From positions 7,884,721-7,948,720 of the forward strand of contig MU058423.1 of assembly GCA_013265495.1 (NCBI GenBank): 64,000 nucleotides of DNA, written 5' to 3'. A model generated the notes under the pieces. The model worked only from the letters and a program-made list of their open reading frames with translations, was not told the origin of the DNA and did not search any database. Source of the stretch: Vicugna vicugna. Its lineage: Eukaryota. The position numbers and the translations under genes were made by a program. Shown piece by piece: positions 38,225 through 51,786 of the stretch (its first letter is position 1; each line of letters opens with the position of its first letter).

Positions 38225-40909
38225 AGAGTAACTTCTGACTCTCCAGAAATTAGCTTCAAATAAGTCTAAGGTGGTACTGATGACCTTACTCTAAAATGTC
38301 ACTTTCTAGAGAAAATAATTTTCAAACTCTGCAGACATATGAAATTTACTGTACTATTTTTATAATATCCTGTAACTGCAACAGAAGAATATGTAAGAAA
38401 TGAGAATTATATAAAAAGCGTATTAAGAAATAGTAGTGGAACATTAAGATTTAAGGAATTAAGTACACCAAATAAAGTGGAGAAAGGATGACAAAGGCTA
38501 GGCGCTAGCATTCTCCATCACTTTCTCCTAACATAATGCAAAGAAGCAGAGGGCTTTAAGCAGGAAAGTTTGTTTCTTTCAAATTCTATGTGCAAAAGAA
38601 TCAAGATCTAAAATCCTACTCTGTATTTGTAAAACACCCAGTAAAACTAAAAACTAGTGCTAAAGTAATCAATTCTTTTGACTACTCAATAGCCTCCTGC
38701 CATACATAAATGCTGAAGCAATACAAGGTACTCTTTTCATAGCAAGAGAAACTGGTTATCTTACATAGTCTAAGAACTGTACTTCTGTCACTTGTAAGAA
38801 TTAACCACTGCTCTTACGGAGGTTAGAACCATGAAGTAAGAGGTGCTCCTTAAGCCATTATCGCTAGAAGGTTCTACAACATGACTGTAACCTAATGCAT
38901 GAAAAGCCATGTCTGTATCTTTTATCTTGAGTTAAGTTTAAGTAGGATCTATAAACATTTCTACTGATTCAAAATTGATATGCTCCTCTGTGAAAAACAA
39001 CTGGGAACCTGGGAACTGCATCACAGGCAACTGATAAGAAACTCTTGTTTCTACTTTTTTAAGGAAATAAAATTTAGTTTTAATTTTAAATATTATGTCA
39101 ATAAAAGAAAACTAACATGTTTGAAACTTGGTTTGCCTGGACTAATGCACCTTTGATGATACAGACAACATTATAAAATGAAAGTGTATTATGAGCATGT
39201 AAAATAAATGTGTATGTGGAAGTAACAGTCTATGGTATAGAATATCTTTGTAAACAGAGAAAAGATGAAAGGTTTCAAAGAATAAGATAATTTGTCAAGC
39301 ATCTGAAAATATTTTCTTTATGAATTTTCAAAGACAAAACCCAGCATTTTTTAACTATCCATGTCCATGTATCACACCACTTGGAATTGTTATTCCTTCC
39401 TAACATGTTTTTTTGAACAAATTATCATGGTTTAAACCAACAATTTCTGAGTATCTATTTTCATCAGTCTAGTTATCTGATTGGTTGGCAGTGATTTTCC
39501 TTGGCTAATTGGAAAGATTAGCAGTGTCACAGTGAAGGAATTGGTGATAATGAAACCAAACTGCTGGCCTAATGACACAATTTAGATCTCATTAGTCAAG
39601 TGTAGAGCTCAATGTATAAGGGCTGTTACAAGATGAAGGGCTAGGATCTCATCAGAGGCTCCTCTTTCCAGCTTAAGCCTGCTGTAGTCCAAACAGAGAT
39701 GTCAGAAATGCTCTGACCTTACTGAGTTGTAAGGCAGAAAATAAATTAAATAGGATATTGGCTAATTAATCATCAGCTGGTATTATCAAAAACAAGACAG
39801 GCATCTTGCTTTGTAGCATTTAAACCTTGTATTCACATTTCTACTACTACAGGCGCTACTTTTTAAGTTGTATTCTCATTTAACAACACTTACCTCTCCT
39901 CCTGGCCACCAACAGCTCCTTGAGAGTAGCAATTGTATTTCACTAGTCTTCTCATCTACTCCACAAGTGTAGACATCCATTAAAAGTTAATTGAAGGAAC
40001 AACTGAATGAATAATTGAAATATGCTAATAAGTGAAACATACAATGGAGGAAAAAAATCACGTAAGAACTAGGATAGATGACCAAGGTTAAACAGGTGCC
40101 AAATTAAAGACACATTTTCAAAGTATGTCCATGGAAAAGAGGTCCTTGGAATAGATGGTCTTTGAGCCAAGCAGTCTTGAGACTGGTTGCCACCTGGTGG
40201 CCTTAGAGAGTAACTTAACCTTCTGAGTCTACTTTGGTTATACAGTAAACTGTTGAAAAACTGGATCCAGAATTGTAATAGCTCAGACATATTGGAAGCA
40301 TATTTCCAGTTTACATGAATGTTCCTATCAGGGATGCAGTCTGTGGTTCTCCTATCCCCCTCAGTGTTGCTGTCAGGGTGGTAGGGGCTGAGTTACCATA
40401 TCCCGGGTCAATTAGAGGAAGAGAAAAAGCATGTGCAGAAAGCACACCCATTCTCCAAAAAGCTCCAAGCCTCAGTGGTACACGCTGCTTCTTCTGCAAG
40501 ACATTGGGGAGAATTATCCACACAGACATACCTCAACACAAGAGAGTCAAAGAAATGTAGCCTAGCCATATGCCAGCCAGAATCTTATTTCTATGGAAGG
40601 AGAAAAAGGATACGGAGGGTGCCCAGAAGTCTCTGCCATACTTAGCTTCTTCATTTGTAAAAATAAGAATAACGACATTCAGCTCAGACTGGTGTCTCCA
40701 GAATCAAATTATAAAAATCAACAAATATATCAAGATAATAGAAATTTTTAGATGTAAATTTTAGCTAGCATATTCAGAAGCCTTGATCCTGAGAGTACAA
40801 GGGTTTTCATTCATCTTAAGAGGGTAGCCTGCATTATTTTTTATTCTATCTTCTAGCTAGAATTCTAGTTCTAGATAATTCATACAGAAACTTCATGCAC
40901 TCAATTACC

Positions 40910-41900
40910 AAATACTCATTGTGCTTCTACTCTGTGCCAGGCACTGTGCTATAGTCACACAACACAGCAATGAAATCCTGTCTTAAGTTATTAAAGAGGT
41001 ATGACGGGAAATTTTAGAGCATAGTTATTTACGATCTTTTGTAATTTTACCTTCTGAAGGAGTTTAAATTATTTTTTACACTGTTCAGCTACTAGGACAG
41101 GATATAAGGAAAACAAAATGTCTGTGTTTTATTTGAGTTACACAGGTAATTTCCCCGATAATTGAAAACCACTGTGATAATAGGCTATTAAAAAAGAGAA
41201 ACACAGCATGCTATGAGAGCAATTAATAGTGGGATCTGATCTTACACAGGAGTAATCAAAGAATGCCTCCTTTATGAAGTGACATGTAAAGTGCAGCCTG
41301 GAGAACAAGCAGGTGTTATCCAAATGACGGGGGGGCGGGGGGGGCGGTCACAGAGCATTCCAAGCAGAGGAATTTTCATGCACAGCTTCCCAGTGCTGGA
41401 AGAAGCACGGACACTGGCTAAACTAAAATAAGGCCAAAATGATCTGAAGGCATAAACTAAAAGGAGAATAGTATGATATGAAATTAGGTTAACCAGATAA
41501 TACAGAGACTCAAAACCTACGTCAAGGCTTTTGAACTTTATTCGAAGAACAGCTGGAATCCACACACTATTCTGAGCAAAGGTATAGCTAGCATGATCTA
41601 GTTTGCAAGATAAAAGATCAATCTAGCTGTTGAAGAATTAATTAAAAGGAATAAAATGTAGATTCAATGGAACCAGTTCAGAGACATTTGCTACTGTATT
41701 ACAGGACAAAGGACCATTCTGACTTGGCCTAGTGTGGTAGAAAGGAGATAGAGAGAAGAAAACTGGATCAAGAAACATGTACAAGGTAGAAGAGACAGGA
41801 TATGATAATTGATTGAATAGAATGAGGACAGGAAGTTGGGATGGGGAAAGACAGATCAGAGAAGAATCCCAACAGTTCTAGTCTGAGTAACAGGGTCGCT
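40910..41900 (-). mobile_element. L2 LINE fragments
   Basis: tactcattgtgcttctactctgtgccaggcactgtgct (L2 3' end in reverse) plus purine-rich antisense L2 body (gcattccaagcagagg, ttgaactttattcgaag). Confidence 0.65.
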
Positions 41901-42599
41901 AACTGACAACACATCCTGACGCAGGAAACATACTGAGAGAAAAGCCTCGGGGGACGGTGAGCATTAGCGGAAAAGCACAGCATCTCTTACAGATTCCTTC
42001 TAAAAGCTTTTTTTTTTCCTCTCCCAGTATAATGCTATGGGCTGTTCTTAAGTAACTGAAATACTTTTTTAAAAAAATCAGGTATGTGTAAACATGCTCA
42101 GAGAAATTTTACATACTATTCAGCTTAAAATAATACGTGGAAAAGTACAAGGAAAGTAAATACCTCACTGACCAGCAGGAACATACTCCTGCATTTTGGA
42201 GCTCTTTTTCTCTTTACAATGACTAGTTTAAAAAGCAGACTAAAATTAGTTTGGATGTTATAATTTGACAATAGTACAGAGTAACCTTATCACTTAGTAT
42301 CTATAGTCCTCCTCTTCCTTAACTGTAAGAGGATGGTTATAATCATTTTTAATGTATGGATCTGTGATTAGAATTAAGCGCCTGTCATTTGGATAACACA
42401 TGCATTCTAGCACATTGTAAACATTCAATAAATCAACTAGTATTATTGTAATATTAGTATTGATAAATATTAATAGGTATTGATAAAACTTTATCAAACA
42501 AATTCAGAAATGTTATGTATTTTACACTATGATATTTACTTTCTTTTATTTTGATCTTCATTCTCAAAACTAATACATTTTGCCTAATCACAGTACTTC

Positions 42600-42800
42600 A
42601 CACTTCTACAGCAACTTATACATTTCAAAGTACTTTCATGTGAACTGGTTCCTTTGAGCCCCGCCACATCTATGTGAGATAATTGTGGCAGGTATTATCT
42701 TCCACGTTTGTGAATAAGAAAACTGAGCTTCAAAAGCAAATTCCACACATTATGTGGCTAGCAAATCAAGGAGCTAGAGCACAAACGAGGTCTTTTGACC
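42600..42800 (-). mobile_element. MIR SINE
   Basis: ggcaggtattatcttccacgtttgtgaataagaaaactgagcttc is the MIR core in reverse. Confidence 0.65.
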
Positions 42801-45217
42801 CTCTAACCAAAAAGCAAAACAGAACCTTATGTATGGTCTGCTGAGGGAAGAAAGCTGCCTTGTACAGGGAAAACTCTCTCAGAAAAAATTCCTTCCAAGG
42901 ACCCATCTTTTTCTTAGTTTAATACTGTACCTTTGCATGTCAAAAGCACAGTCTGTGGTGGAATTTGTGAAATATATTATGCTGATTTTAGAAAGCACCT
43001 GGGATTCTGTTTCACAATTTACGAGCTCATATAAATCTAAACTCATCAGTGAGCTGCTGACTAGAGCCTACCTCAGAAAGAAACATTAACAATACTTGTG
43101 TAATATTTTTGTAATTGTAATTCTAGGTCATGAGAACTATATTCATTCAATAAATCTATTCAGCAACAAATGTACAATGATATTTATTATTAGGCTAAAC
43201 ACTAAAGATACAAAAAAAAAAAAAACTAGACACAGTCCATGACCTGAGAAAGTTCACAATTCAAAGGGTAAAAAGACATATAAACAAATTATTGTAGTAG
43301 AATTTCTAACATCACCTTTCTCTATTTTAAAATATTATTTTATCTGCCTGTCCCTCCTCCTGGACTGAGGACTTATTAAGTTACCACCACTTCCTAAGAG
43401 AGTTAGGAATCCGAAAGTACGAGAAGGAGACATAAAGGGGCCCAGAAAGAGACTTGCATTTCAGGCAAAGGATTGTAAAAAAGTAGTGAGTTATAAAGCC
43501 ATATTCCTGTAGAATGCACTGCCAAGAGGGTAGCATGGAGAAAACATAAGATCCTTGTTGGAGGCAGAAAACAGAGACTACGACTACTATTTAGTAGGTG
43601 AGGCTGGAAGGAATATGTCCAGCTTTAACAAATTCATTCACTATGAGAAGAGGAGCAGAGTTTGGGGGAAAAAAAGCAGTTTGAATTTAGACACGTCATC
43701 TATGGAACTTTCTAATGAAGACAGGTCATTAGATACACAGGACTGCAGTTTCAAAATTAAAGATTTAACAACCAACCGTGAATAAATGGTAATATGATTT
43801 CTCAGGTAGAAAATGGCTGCTACCAGAGATGCACTCCTTGTAGGAAAACAGATCTTATTTTTAACACCACCCATAGTGTTCCTAGTCTTTAAAAAATAAT
43901 GTTATACTGCACCAGGAAATAGAAATTCTGAACTGAAAAACAGATTCTTTCCATGTACTGGAACTGGAGGAAAAGTGGCAGGCTCCAACTGTGCTGTGAT
44001 GGTTAAAGAAGAGCGAGCAGTGTAAAAGAGTCAGGCTTCATCTGCGTATGCCCATTTCAAGCACAATAAGTGAAAATGAGACTCTTTATATATTTTCCAT
44101 TCAAAACTTTGAAGGAGGGAGAAAAAAAAGTTGAACAGCGCTCTTTTAAACCTTTGGTGCTTCTCGAATTCTCATACTCTTCATTTCTTCCTTGACAATA
44201 ATTCTCATCAGAAACGTATCTTACCGCAAATTAACATCATTCTTGAAGCTTCACTTAGAGGGATTCAGTTCGAACAGCCTTTTTCATAACAGTTCATGGA
44301 GACAATTTTCCTGATTATTTTATGAAGGTTTTAAAACCATGGCAGAAGCACAGAAAGAAAATAGAATCTATACTCCTTATTTTCATATTTTCAAGCAAAG
44401 CAGTGAAATGCCATTATAAGGGTAACACAACAAGAAGCAAAAATACTAAATTTTATAACTATCCTAAACTTACCATGCTTTAAACTTCTTTTACTGGGTT
44501 AGCCTGGGAAGTAAAAGTCAGTAAAATATGCCATATCTATAAGAGCAAAATTCCAAAGAATATTTAATCCTAGTCTCCCCAGCATTAAACCAAAAAAAAG
44601 AATCTTAAATGAATCATGAGAAACACATTTGAGCATACTTTTTTCTCATCTGACTTCCATAAGCATATGAGCTTCAGGCACAGTCTCACTGGATCTAGAA
44701 ACCATTCTGAACTGCTGCTTAAGAGTCCAAACATAAATGAGAGAAAGAACACATCACCTTGAACCAGAGTACTCTTTTTCCTTCAGTGAGCACTCTTCTC
44801 CTTCGTCCTAGGTAATGACGTGTCACAGTCCAATGGCTAATATTACAAACCATGCCCTTTTTCTTTATGCATCACTCCTTACATTAGTGTATGACTTCCA
44901 CAAACCACACAGAGAAAGACAGACAACTGCAGATTATGAGGAAGAGAGAACTACAAACCAAATACATTCCTTAAGTTCCACATCTAGGAAAGACTGGCTG
45001 GCAATCTGTCTGACATCGTTATGATGGGTTGGAATTCAGAAGAGATGACATTTTAGATCACTTCAAACTCTGAAGAAAATCACTGTTCAAGGCAAAGTTA
45101 GCAGCATGGATTAACTCTCACGAAAAGTATAGCAGACAGTAGCTATCAGTAACTATGATCAATATTTATCAATTTATCGTCAATTATTACTGTCAATATG
45201 ATAACTGAATACCTAAC

Positions 45218-45680
45218 AGCATTATTTACAATTGCTAAGATATGCAAGCACCCTAAGTGTCCACCCACAGATGAATGGATAAAGAAATGTGGCACACATA
45301 CATAAGCAATAGAGTACTACTCAGCTATAAAAAAGAATGAAACTCTGCTGTTTGCAACAACGTGAATGGACTTGGAGGGTTTTATGCTAAGTTACACAGA
45401 GAAAGATAAATACTGTATATTACTCACATGTGGAATCTAAAAAAATACAACCAACTAGAGAATATAACAAAAGATGAAACAGACTCACAGACACAGAGGA
45501 CAAACTAATGGTTACCAGTGGGCAGAGGGGAGGGCAGAGGGGCAACACAGGGGCAGGAGATTAAGAAGTATAAACTATTACGTATAAAACAAGCTACAAG
45601 GATTGCACAACACAAGAAATATACCCAATATTCTTAATAACTATAAACAGTATAGCCTTTAAAAATTGTGAATTAAACTT
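45218..45680 (+). mobile_element. L1 (L1MA9-like) ORF2 end and 3' UTR
   Basis: cagcattatttacaattgctaagatatgcaagcaccctaagtgtcc...gaatggacttggaggg...ctaatggttaccagtggg. Confidence 0.88.
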
Positions 45681-46453
45681 AGCATTGGTATCTTCTTGCT
45701 TCTGATAATGGTTTTCAAACACTTTTAGTTTTAGTATTTAGATGTGTTTTAATCTTATTTTGTCTTTTATCCAGTTTTTCAACCTTCATCTTTTAAAACA
45801 GGGATTTGGTCCATATAAATTAAATTAAATTAAAAACATAATTAAGCTTAAATCCACCATCTTATCATGTACTATCTGTGCTACCTATTCAGTGTTCCTG
45901 TTTGTCTCCTCTCTCGCTTTCCTTTGGACTGACTGAAAATGTTATTATTCCATTTTCCCCTGTACGGTTTGAATGCAAAAACCTTGGAATATTTGAATAC
46001 ATGTCCCCAGTTGGTATTATATTATCATTATATATTTTAAATATAGATATGGATTGTTAAATATAGTGTATTAGTATACACACATGTTAAGTATACATTA
46101 TATGCATAAATTACAATACTGTTATATATATATTATATATAATTATATATTACATATATTAGACATATTATATATGTAATTTTAAACCTCATAAGATATT
46201 TTATTAAGTCAATATTCATTTAGAATTACCAAATATTTGCCCTTTTGTTGTTTTTATTTTTTTCCTTCATCTCTGGCATTCTATCTATAATCTTCTGGTT
46301 AATTAACACTCTTACGTACTTCCTTTATTTAAATTTGCTTGTAGCAAAGTATCTCAGTTTTTATCAGTTGTGAGTACCTTATTGAAGGATATTTTCAGTA
46401 GTATAGAATTTCAAGTTGGCTAGTATTTCAGCATATTAAATATATAATGTTTT

Positions 46454-46725
46454 GTGGAGAAAAGGGAATCCGTCTACACTGTTGGTGGGGAAAGAAAATT
46501 AGTACAGCCACTATGGAAAATAGCATGGAGGCTCCTTAAGTTAAAAACACAGTTACCATATGATCCAGCAATCCCATTACTGGGCATATATCTGGAGAGA
46601 GCTCTAACTCAAAAAGATACATGCACCCCAATGTTCATAGCAGCACTATTTACAATAGCCAAGATATGGAAGCAACCTAAATGTCCACTGACAGACAACT
46701 AAATAAAGATGTGATATATATACAT

Positions 46726-46758
<33 letters not shown>

Positions 46759-47068
46759 AATGGAATATTACTCAGCCATAAAAAGAATGAAATAATGCCA
46801 TTTTCAGCAGCATGGATGGACTCAGAGATTATCACCAAGTGAAATAAGTCAAAGACAATTATCATATAACATCATTTATATGTGGAATCTAAAAAGTGAC
46901 AGAAATTCTATTTATAAGCCAAAAACTGACTCATAGACATAGAAAACAAACCATGGTTACCAAAGGAGAGCAGGGGAAAGATAAATTAGGAGATTGGAAT
47001 TAACAGATACATGTTACAATATATAAAATAGATAAATAACAAGGACCTACTGCACAGCAGAGGGAACT
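46454..47068 (+). mobile_element. L1 ORF2 C-terminus and most of the 3' UTR, lacking the terminal ~100 bp and poly(A)
   Basis: ORF 46454-46702 reads LPYDPAIPLLGIY...TCTPMFIAALFTIAKIWKQPKCP (L1 ORF2 C-terminus). Contains (TACA)n(CA)n at ~46717-46758. Confidence 0.93.
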
Positions 47069-47237
47069 GGTTTGAGAAAGTAGTCCAGTTTGATTCCTTT
47101 ACATGTAGCTGTCCAGTTTCCCAATGCCATTTATTGTAGAGGCAACTGTTTCTCAATTGTATATTCTTGCCTCTTTTGTTGTAGATGAATTGCCAATGTT
47201 AAGTATGGGTTCATTTCTGGGCTGTCTATCCTATCCA
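47069..47237 (-). mobile_element. L1 ORF2 fragment in the opposite orientation, abutting the previous element
   Basis: catgtagctgtccagtttcccaatgccatttattg...ggttcatttctgggctgtctatc; homologous to ~5520-5690. Confidence 0.85.
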
Positions 47238-49989
47238 TACCCATATGGACTACTTTCTCCAACTATATACACAAATAAACCCAAAATATAAGATGAATGT
47301 AATTAGTGACAACTACTCTTTAATTTTTTTTCCTCTTACAATATTTAAATCTATTGAGACATTAACCTGTTTGCTCTCAGGCAGCACTGACTACTGTATG
47401 AATGAGAGAGAAGTAGTATCTCTCTGTCTAAGAGGGAGGGAAATGTCTAACAGAATTCATCTGAAATATTCAGGACTCGCTGTCCACTGAGGAGGTTATC
47501 AGGCCTTTTGGCATCTCATTTGATGTCTCCCTTTTATAGCCCTTTTTATTTCCATGGGAACATCAACAGGACCTTGCCCTCTTGCTTTTTTGATGCATGC
47601 TGCCTGCTTTCAATTCCTGCTGCACCAGATAAGGAATGGCTATTAATATTGGTTATACTTGTTAATTTTTTTCACAAATAAGCCCAATTCTAATTCATAT
47701 ACTTTCAAATGTCCCTTAATAGTATTTATTATGGTTACAGAAAATCTTGGTCTTTTAAATTCATATACTGCAACAAGTGATTATGTTCAATGAATACAGG
47801 AAAGTAGAATAAGAAATGTAGGCACATTAAAAATGGTGTCTTGTAAAAAAGATTTTGTGGCAACACATAGCATTTAGAGATGAATTATTTTGCATGGAGG
47901 AGAAAGTTCAAGAAGCACCCGGAATTAAGAAATCTGATAGATAAGTACTGAGGTTCTCTTTCATGTTTTTTGGAAACTGTCTAAAGTAAAATTTATATAT
48001 ATGTAGATATATACACACATATGCATATATTCCTCATTGCTCACCAAAATACTTTAACCTTTCTGAGTATGTTAGTAACATAATAAGTGAGGGAGAATAT
48101 CTCTGGAATGCATATTCCACTTTTCTTAAGAGAATGAAGTGAGAGAATGTATCTTTGATTTCATAAACCAGTAAACACTCCACATAGAGATCATAACCCA
48201 AACACAGATTATTCAAAAAAATTTTTACTCATTCCCTCCTTCTTCTATTAATCAAATTTATTCACCTATGTGTTCATCCATTTAACAAACTTTCAGTAAG
48301 TACGTATCATAGTACAATTTATTTAAAATGTTAAAACATGATCCAATTTTTGAGGAAGTTACGAAGAGAAACAAGTGATTATGATACAACTTAACTGAAA
48401 TTATAAATGTAAACACAAATACTATAACATGAAAATATTTCTACAAAAGTTAGGGGATAACAAAATGCTACTCTATCATAGATTCATTTATCATCATCAT
48501 CACTGTTCCACTAGAATGCAAGCTTCAAACAGAATTCTGTCCTTCTCCAGCACTTACAACAGTGCCTGGCACTTAGTAGCAGTCACTAGTTATTTGTTTA
48601 TTTGTTTAAATGATAAATTCTACTACCAATTCCTTGCTTTACACATGACAAAACATAAAAAGCCCAACTGTGTGTACAGCTAAACTAAAACCTATGTCTC
48701 TCTGTTCCCAGATTGTTCTTATTTGAGAAGTAAACGCATTGTAAATTTACATCGTATTATTGCTGTTGCTCACCATTTGGGAGTATGAAAATTTGCTAGG
48801 AAAATAAATTTTAACAGACAGAAGAGGAGAAATACTTGGAGTTAACTTTTAAAAAGAAATTGTGTCAACACAAATACAGTAAATAACCTGTGTTTTGCAG
48901 AAAGCTCTCTACACCTCTAACTTAAAGAAAAACAGAAAAGCAGTTTGCATGCAATTAATAATTTAACATTTTCATACTTTTCCTCCATTCTTCTTATTTC
49001 CCATATGGTTTTATATAGAATACTATTTAGTTCACAATAGAAAAATACACTCAACTTAAATGTAGTATTTCATGTAATCTGAGATGCCACTATTTAAAGT
49101 ATTTTCTGCAGTTGGAAATAACCATAGATCACTTGTCTCTTTTGTCTCAAAGAGATTTCTGAAATAAATAATTATCTTTTATTTAATATCTCAAGAATAT
49201 ATATAAGAGAAACCTGTTTATGATATGTCAGTAGGTCTGGTTTTTACTCCTGTGAACGTATTTAAAACATAATTTTATAGGTCTCAACGGTATAAAAGTA
49301 ATTTACTGATTCTCTGCAGTTATCTCACACCGTAAGAATGTAAAACAGTATCTTCCTCTACCCATGCAGCATTAAAGAGTAGTGAATACTAAATATGCAA
49401 TGCCAAACATGCCAAAACTCTCACAAGTGAAAACTGAGTAGCAATGGATTATTATAAAAGAGGACATGAAAGAAAAATAGTCCTGGTCAAGAAACTTTTA
49501 AGAATTTAGAACAAATTCTTCATGCTTAAATCAAAAGAAGCAAATAGTTCAATACCGGCTATAAAGCAGCATAACGAATCCCCATGTTGTACAGTAATGT
49601 ACTTTCTAATTAGGTTGTACAGACATAATATTTATCTGACACTTGTATCCTGATGTACATTTTACAGTGTTTCTCATGAATATTTCATCTGACCCTTCAA
49701 ACAACACTGTTAAGTACGATTAAATGAAATAATATATGTAATATGCTTAAACAAGTACTGAGCACATGGTGTTATACTAATGTTAAATGCTATTGTTTTT
49801 ATTTTTGTATTAATGTGAATCTCAGGGATTTAGAGGACGATTCAGATGATGCTTTTTCATCATTTAGTCAGGTGTCTGTCACATACAATAAATTCTTCAA
49901 AAGTTAGCTTTGTTACTGTCATTATTATTATTATTTCTATTTTAAAGATGACATTGAGGCAGAGTCTTACTTAAAGTAGCACAAGTATT

Positions 49990-50132
49990 TTGTTTTTACT
50001 TTTTTATTATTGAAGTGTAGTCAGTTTACAATGTTGTGTCAATTTCTGGTGTACAGCACAATGCTCCAGTCATACATGAATACATATATATTTGTTTTCA
50101 TATTCTTTTTTTGTAGTAGCTTACAGTGAAAA
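49990..50132 (-). mobile_element. Very short camelid-type L1 3' end with 5' micro-inversion, inserted in a MIR
   Basis: Perfect 12-bp TSD AGCACAAGTATT at 49978-49989 and 50133-50144; body matches the L1 3' end at ~19140-19240. Confidence 0.92.
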
Positions 50133-50329
50133 AGCACAAGTATTAAGCTGAAGATTAAATGCCCAAACTTATATCACTTGACATTGAGCCAGTCATTATT
50201 TTCCTTTTAACACTTTCTCCCAACACTTTTATTCTTTCATGTGTTTCAGACATAAAGGGAGACTTGGAAATGTCACTATTTTAGCAACTGAAGAGCAGAA
50301 TCTGAAATGTACTTACTTAATGCACTGTC

Positions 50330-51400
50330 ACTCATTCTAAAAAACTTTTTGCTGTCTACTTTGTGCTAGACCTGCTAGACCCTCTGCTGGGTATCAGAAT
50401 TACTCAGTGAATGGCAAGATTCCTGTTCTTCCGGACCTTACAAACTAGCAGACAGAAACTGTTACTCATGGACACAAACTACGTAACTGCTGGTTTGCAA
50501 TAAGCATCAGTGCTATGACAAACATGTACATAGTACTATAACAATTTTCAACAGGAACAACTGATCTGGCCAAGGAGGTCAGGGATTATTTCTCTAAAGA
50601 GAAACTGAAGAAAGGAAATTAGCAGGCTAAGGCAGAGTAGAGCAAGGCAACCATACCAGAAGAAACAGCCTATGAAAGGAGAAAAAATTGCACTTAAAAA
50701 AAAAAAAGATATTTAAAGGCCAGCATACCTGTTTCAAATAGAATGAAAAGTGTAGTACAAAATGATCTGGAGAAGTTACTTAGGTGATATATCACTCAAG
50801 GCTGCGTAAAAAATATTAAATATTTTGTTCTTCATTCTAGCAGCTAAGGAAAACTAAAAAAGGTGATTTAATGGGACAGGGGTGAAAAGAAATCAAGTTT
50901 GCATTCCACAAACGTTACTCTGGCTTCCATGTTTTGAACTGGAAAAGGGTGAAAATAAGCATAGGGAGAGCAATCCAAACCATACTGCATGGTCCACGTA
51001 AGGGTGCGTGGTAACCTGGACCAGTGTGGTGGGGCCACAACTGAAAAGACGTGGACAAATTCATCTGTGAAGATAAGATGTCATATCAGCAGAGGAATAA
51101 GAGATTCAAATTTGTAACTCTTCTGCCTTCCTGTAATAACTAAATCATACGCAGGAATGAGATTGCCCAGGGCAAGATTTAGTGTGAAAAGAGAAGAGAG
51201 CCCTAGGACAGAGTCTAGAAGAACTGTGATATTTCACAGTTGGCTAGAAGAGGGTAAGTTTGCAAAGAAGACAGAAAATATCCAGAGAGAACTCCAAACC
51301 CAGGAAAATTAGTGTTGTAATAAGACATTTAATATTGGCAAATGTCCATTAGATTTAATGGTATAGAGTTCACAGGAAGAGCTGGTACAGTGATGTGATG
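50330..51400 (-). mobile_element. L2 LINE fragments
   Basis: tgtctactttgtgctagac...cttacaaactagcagacag (L2 3' end in reverse) and body segments such as gaatgagattgcccaggg...gccctaggacagag. Confidence 0.65.
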
Positions 51401-51600
51401 TGGAGAAAATGTGATGAGAGGTGATAAAGATGTGGAAACAAAGAGGACAACACAGTTGATCATCATGGGAAGAAAACTTTCATGAAAAACCTGCAAAATT
51501 CAAGACTGCTGTAATTCAAGATAGATCCTGATAAAGTAGGGTGGATATGTATATGTACAACAAAAGTAGCACTGACATGAGAGTACAGTGTAAGAAGAGG

Positions 51601-51786
51601 CTTTTTCCCCCAGTTTTATTGAGATACAACTGATATAAAACACTGTATTAGTTTAAGGTGTATATTACAATGATTTGTATATATATTGCAAAATGACTTT
51701 CACAGTAAGTCTAGTTAACATCCATCAACTGACTTAGTTACATTTTTCTTGTGATGAGAACTTTTAAGATTTACCCTCATAGCAAC
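51601..51786 (-). mobile_element. 5'-truncated L1MA9-like 3' end
   Basis: cccagttttattgagatacaactga...gtgatgagaacttttaagatttac; TSD-like AGAAGAG at 51593-51599 and 51787-51793. Confidence 0.82.
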
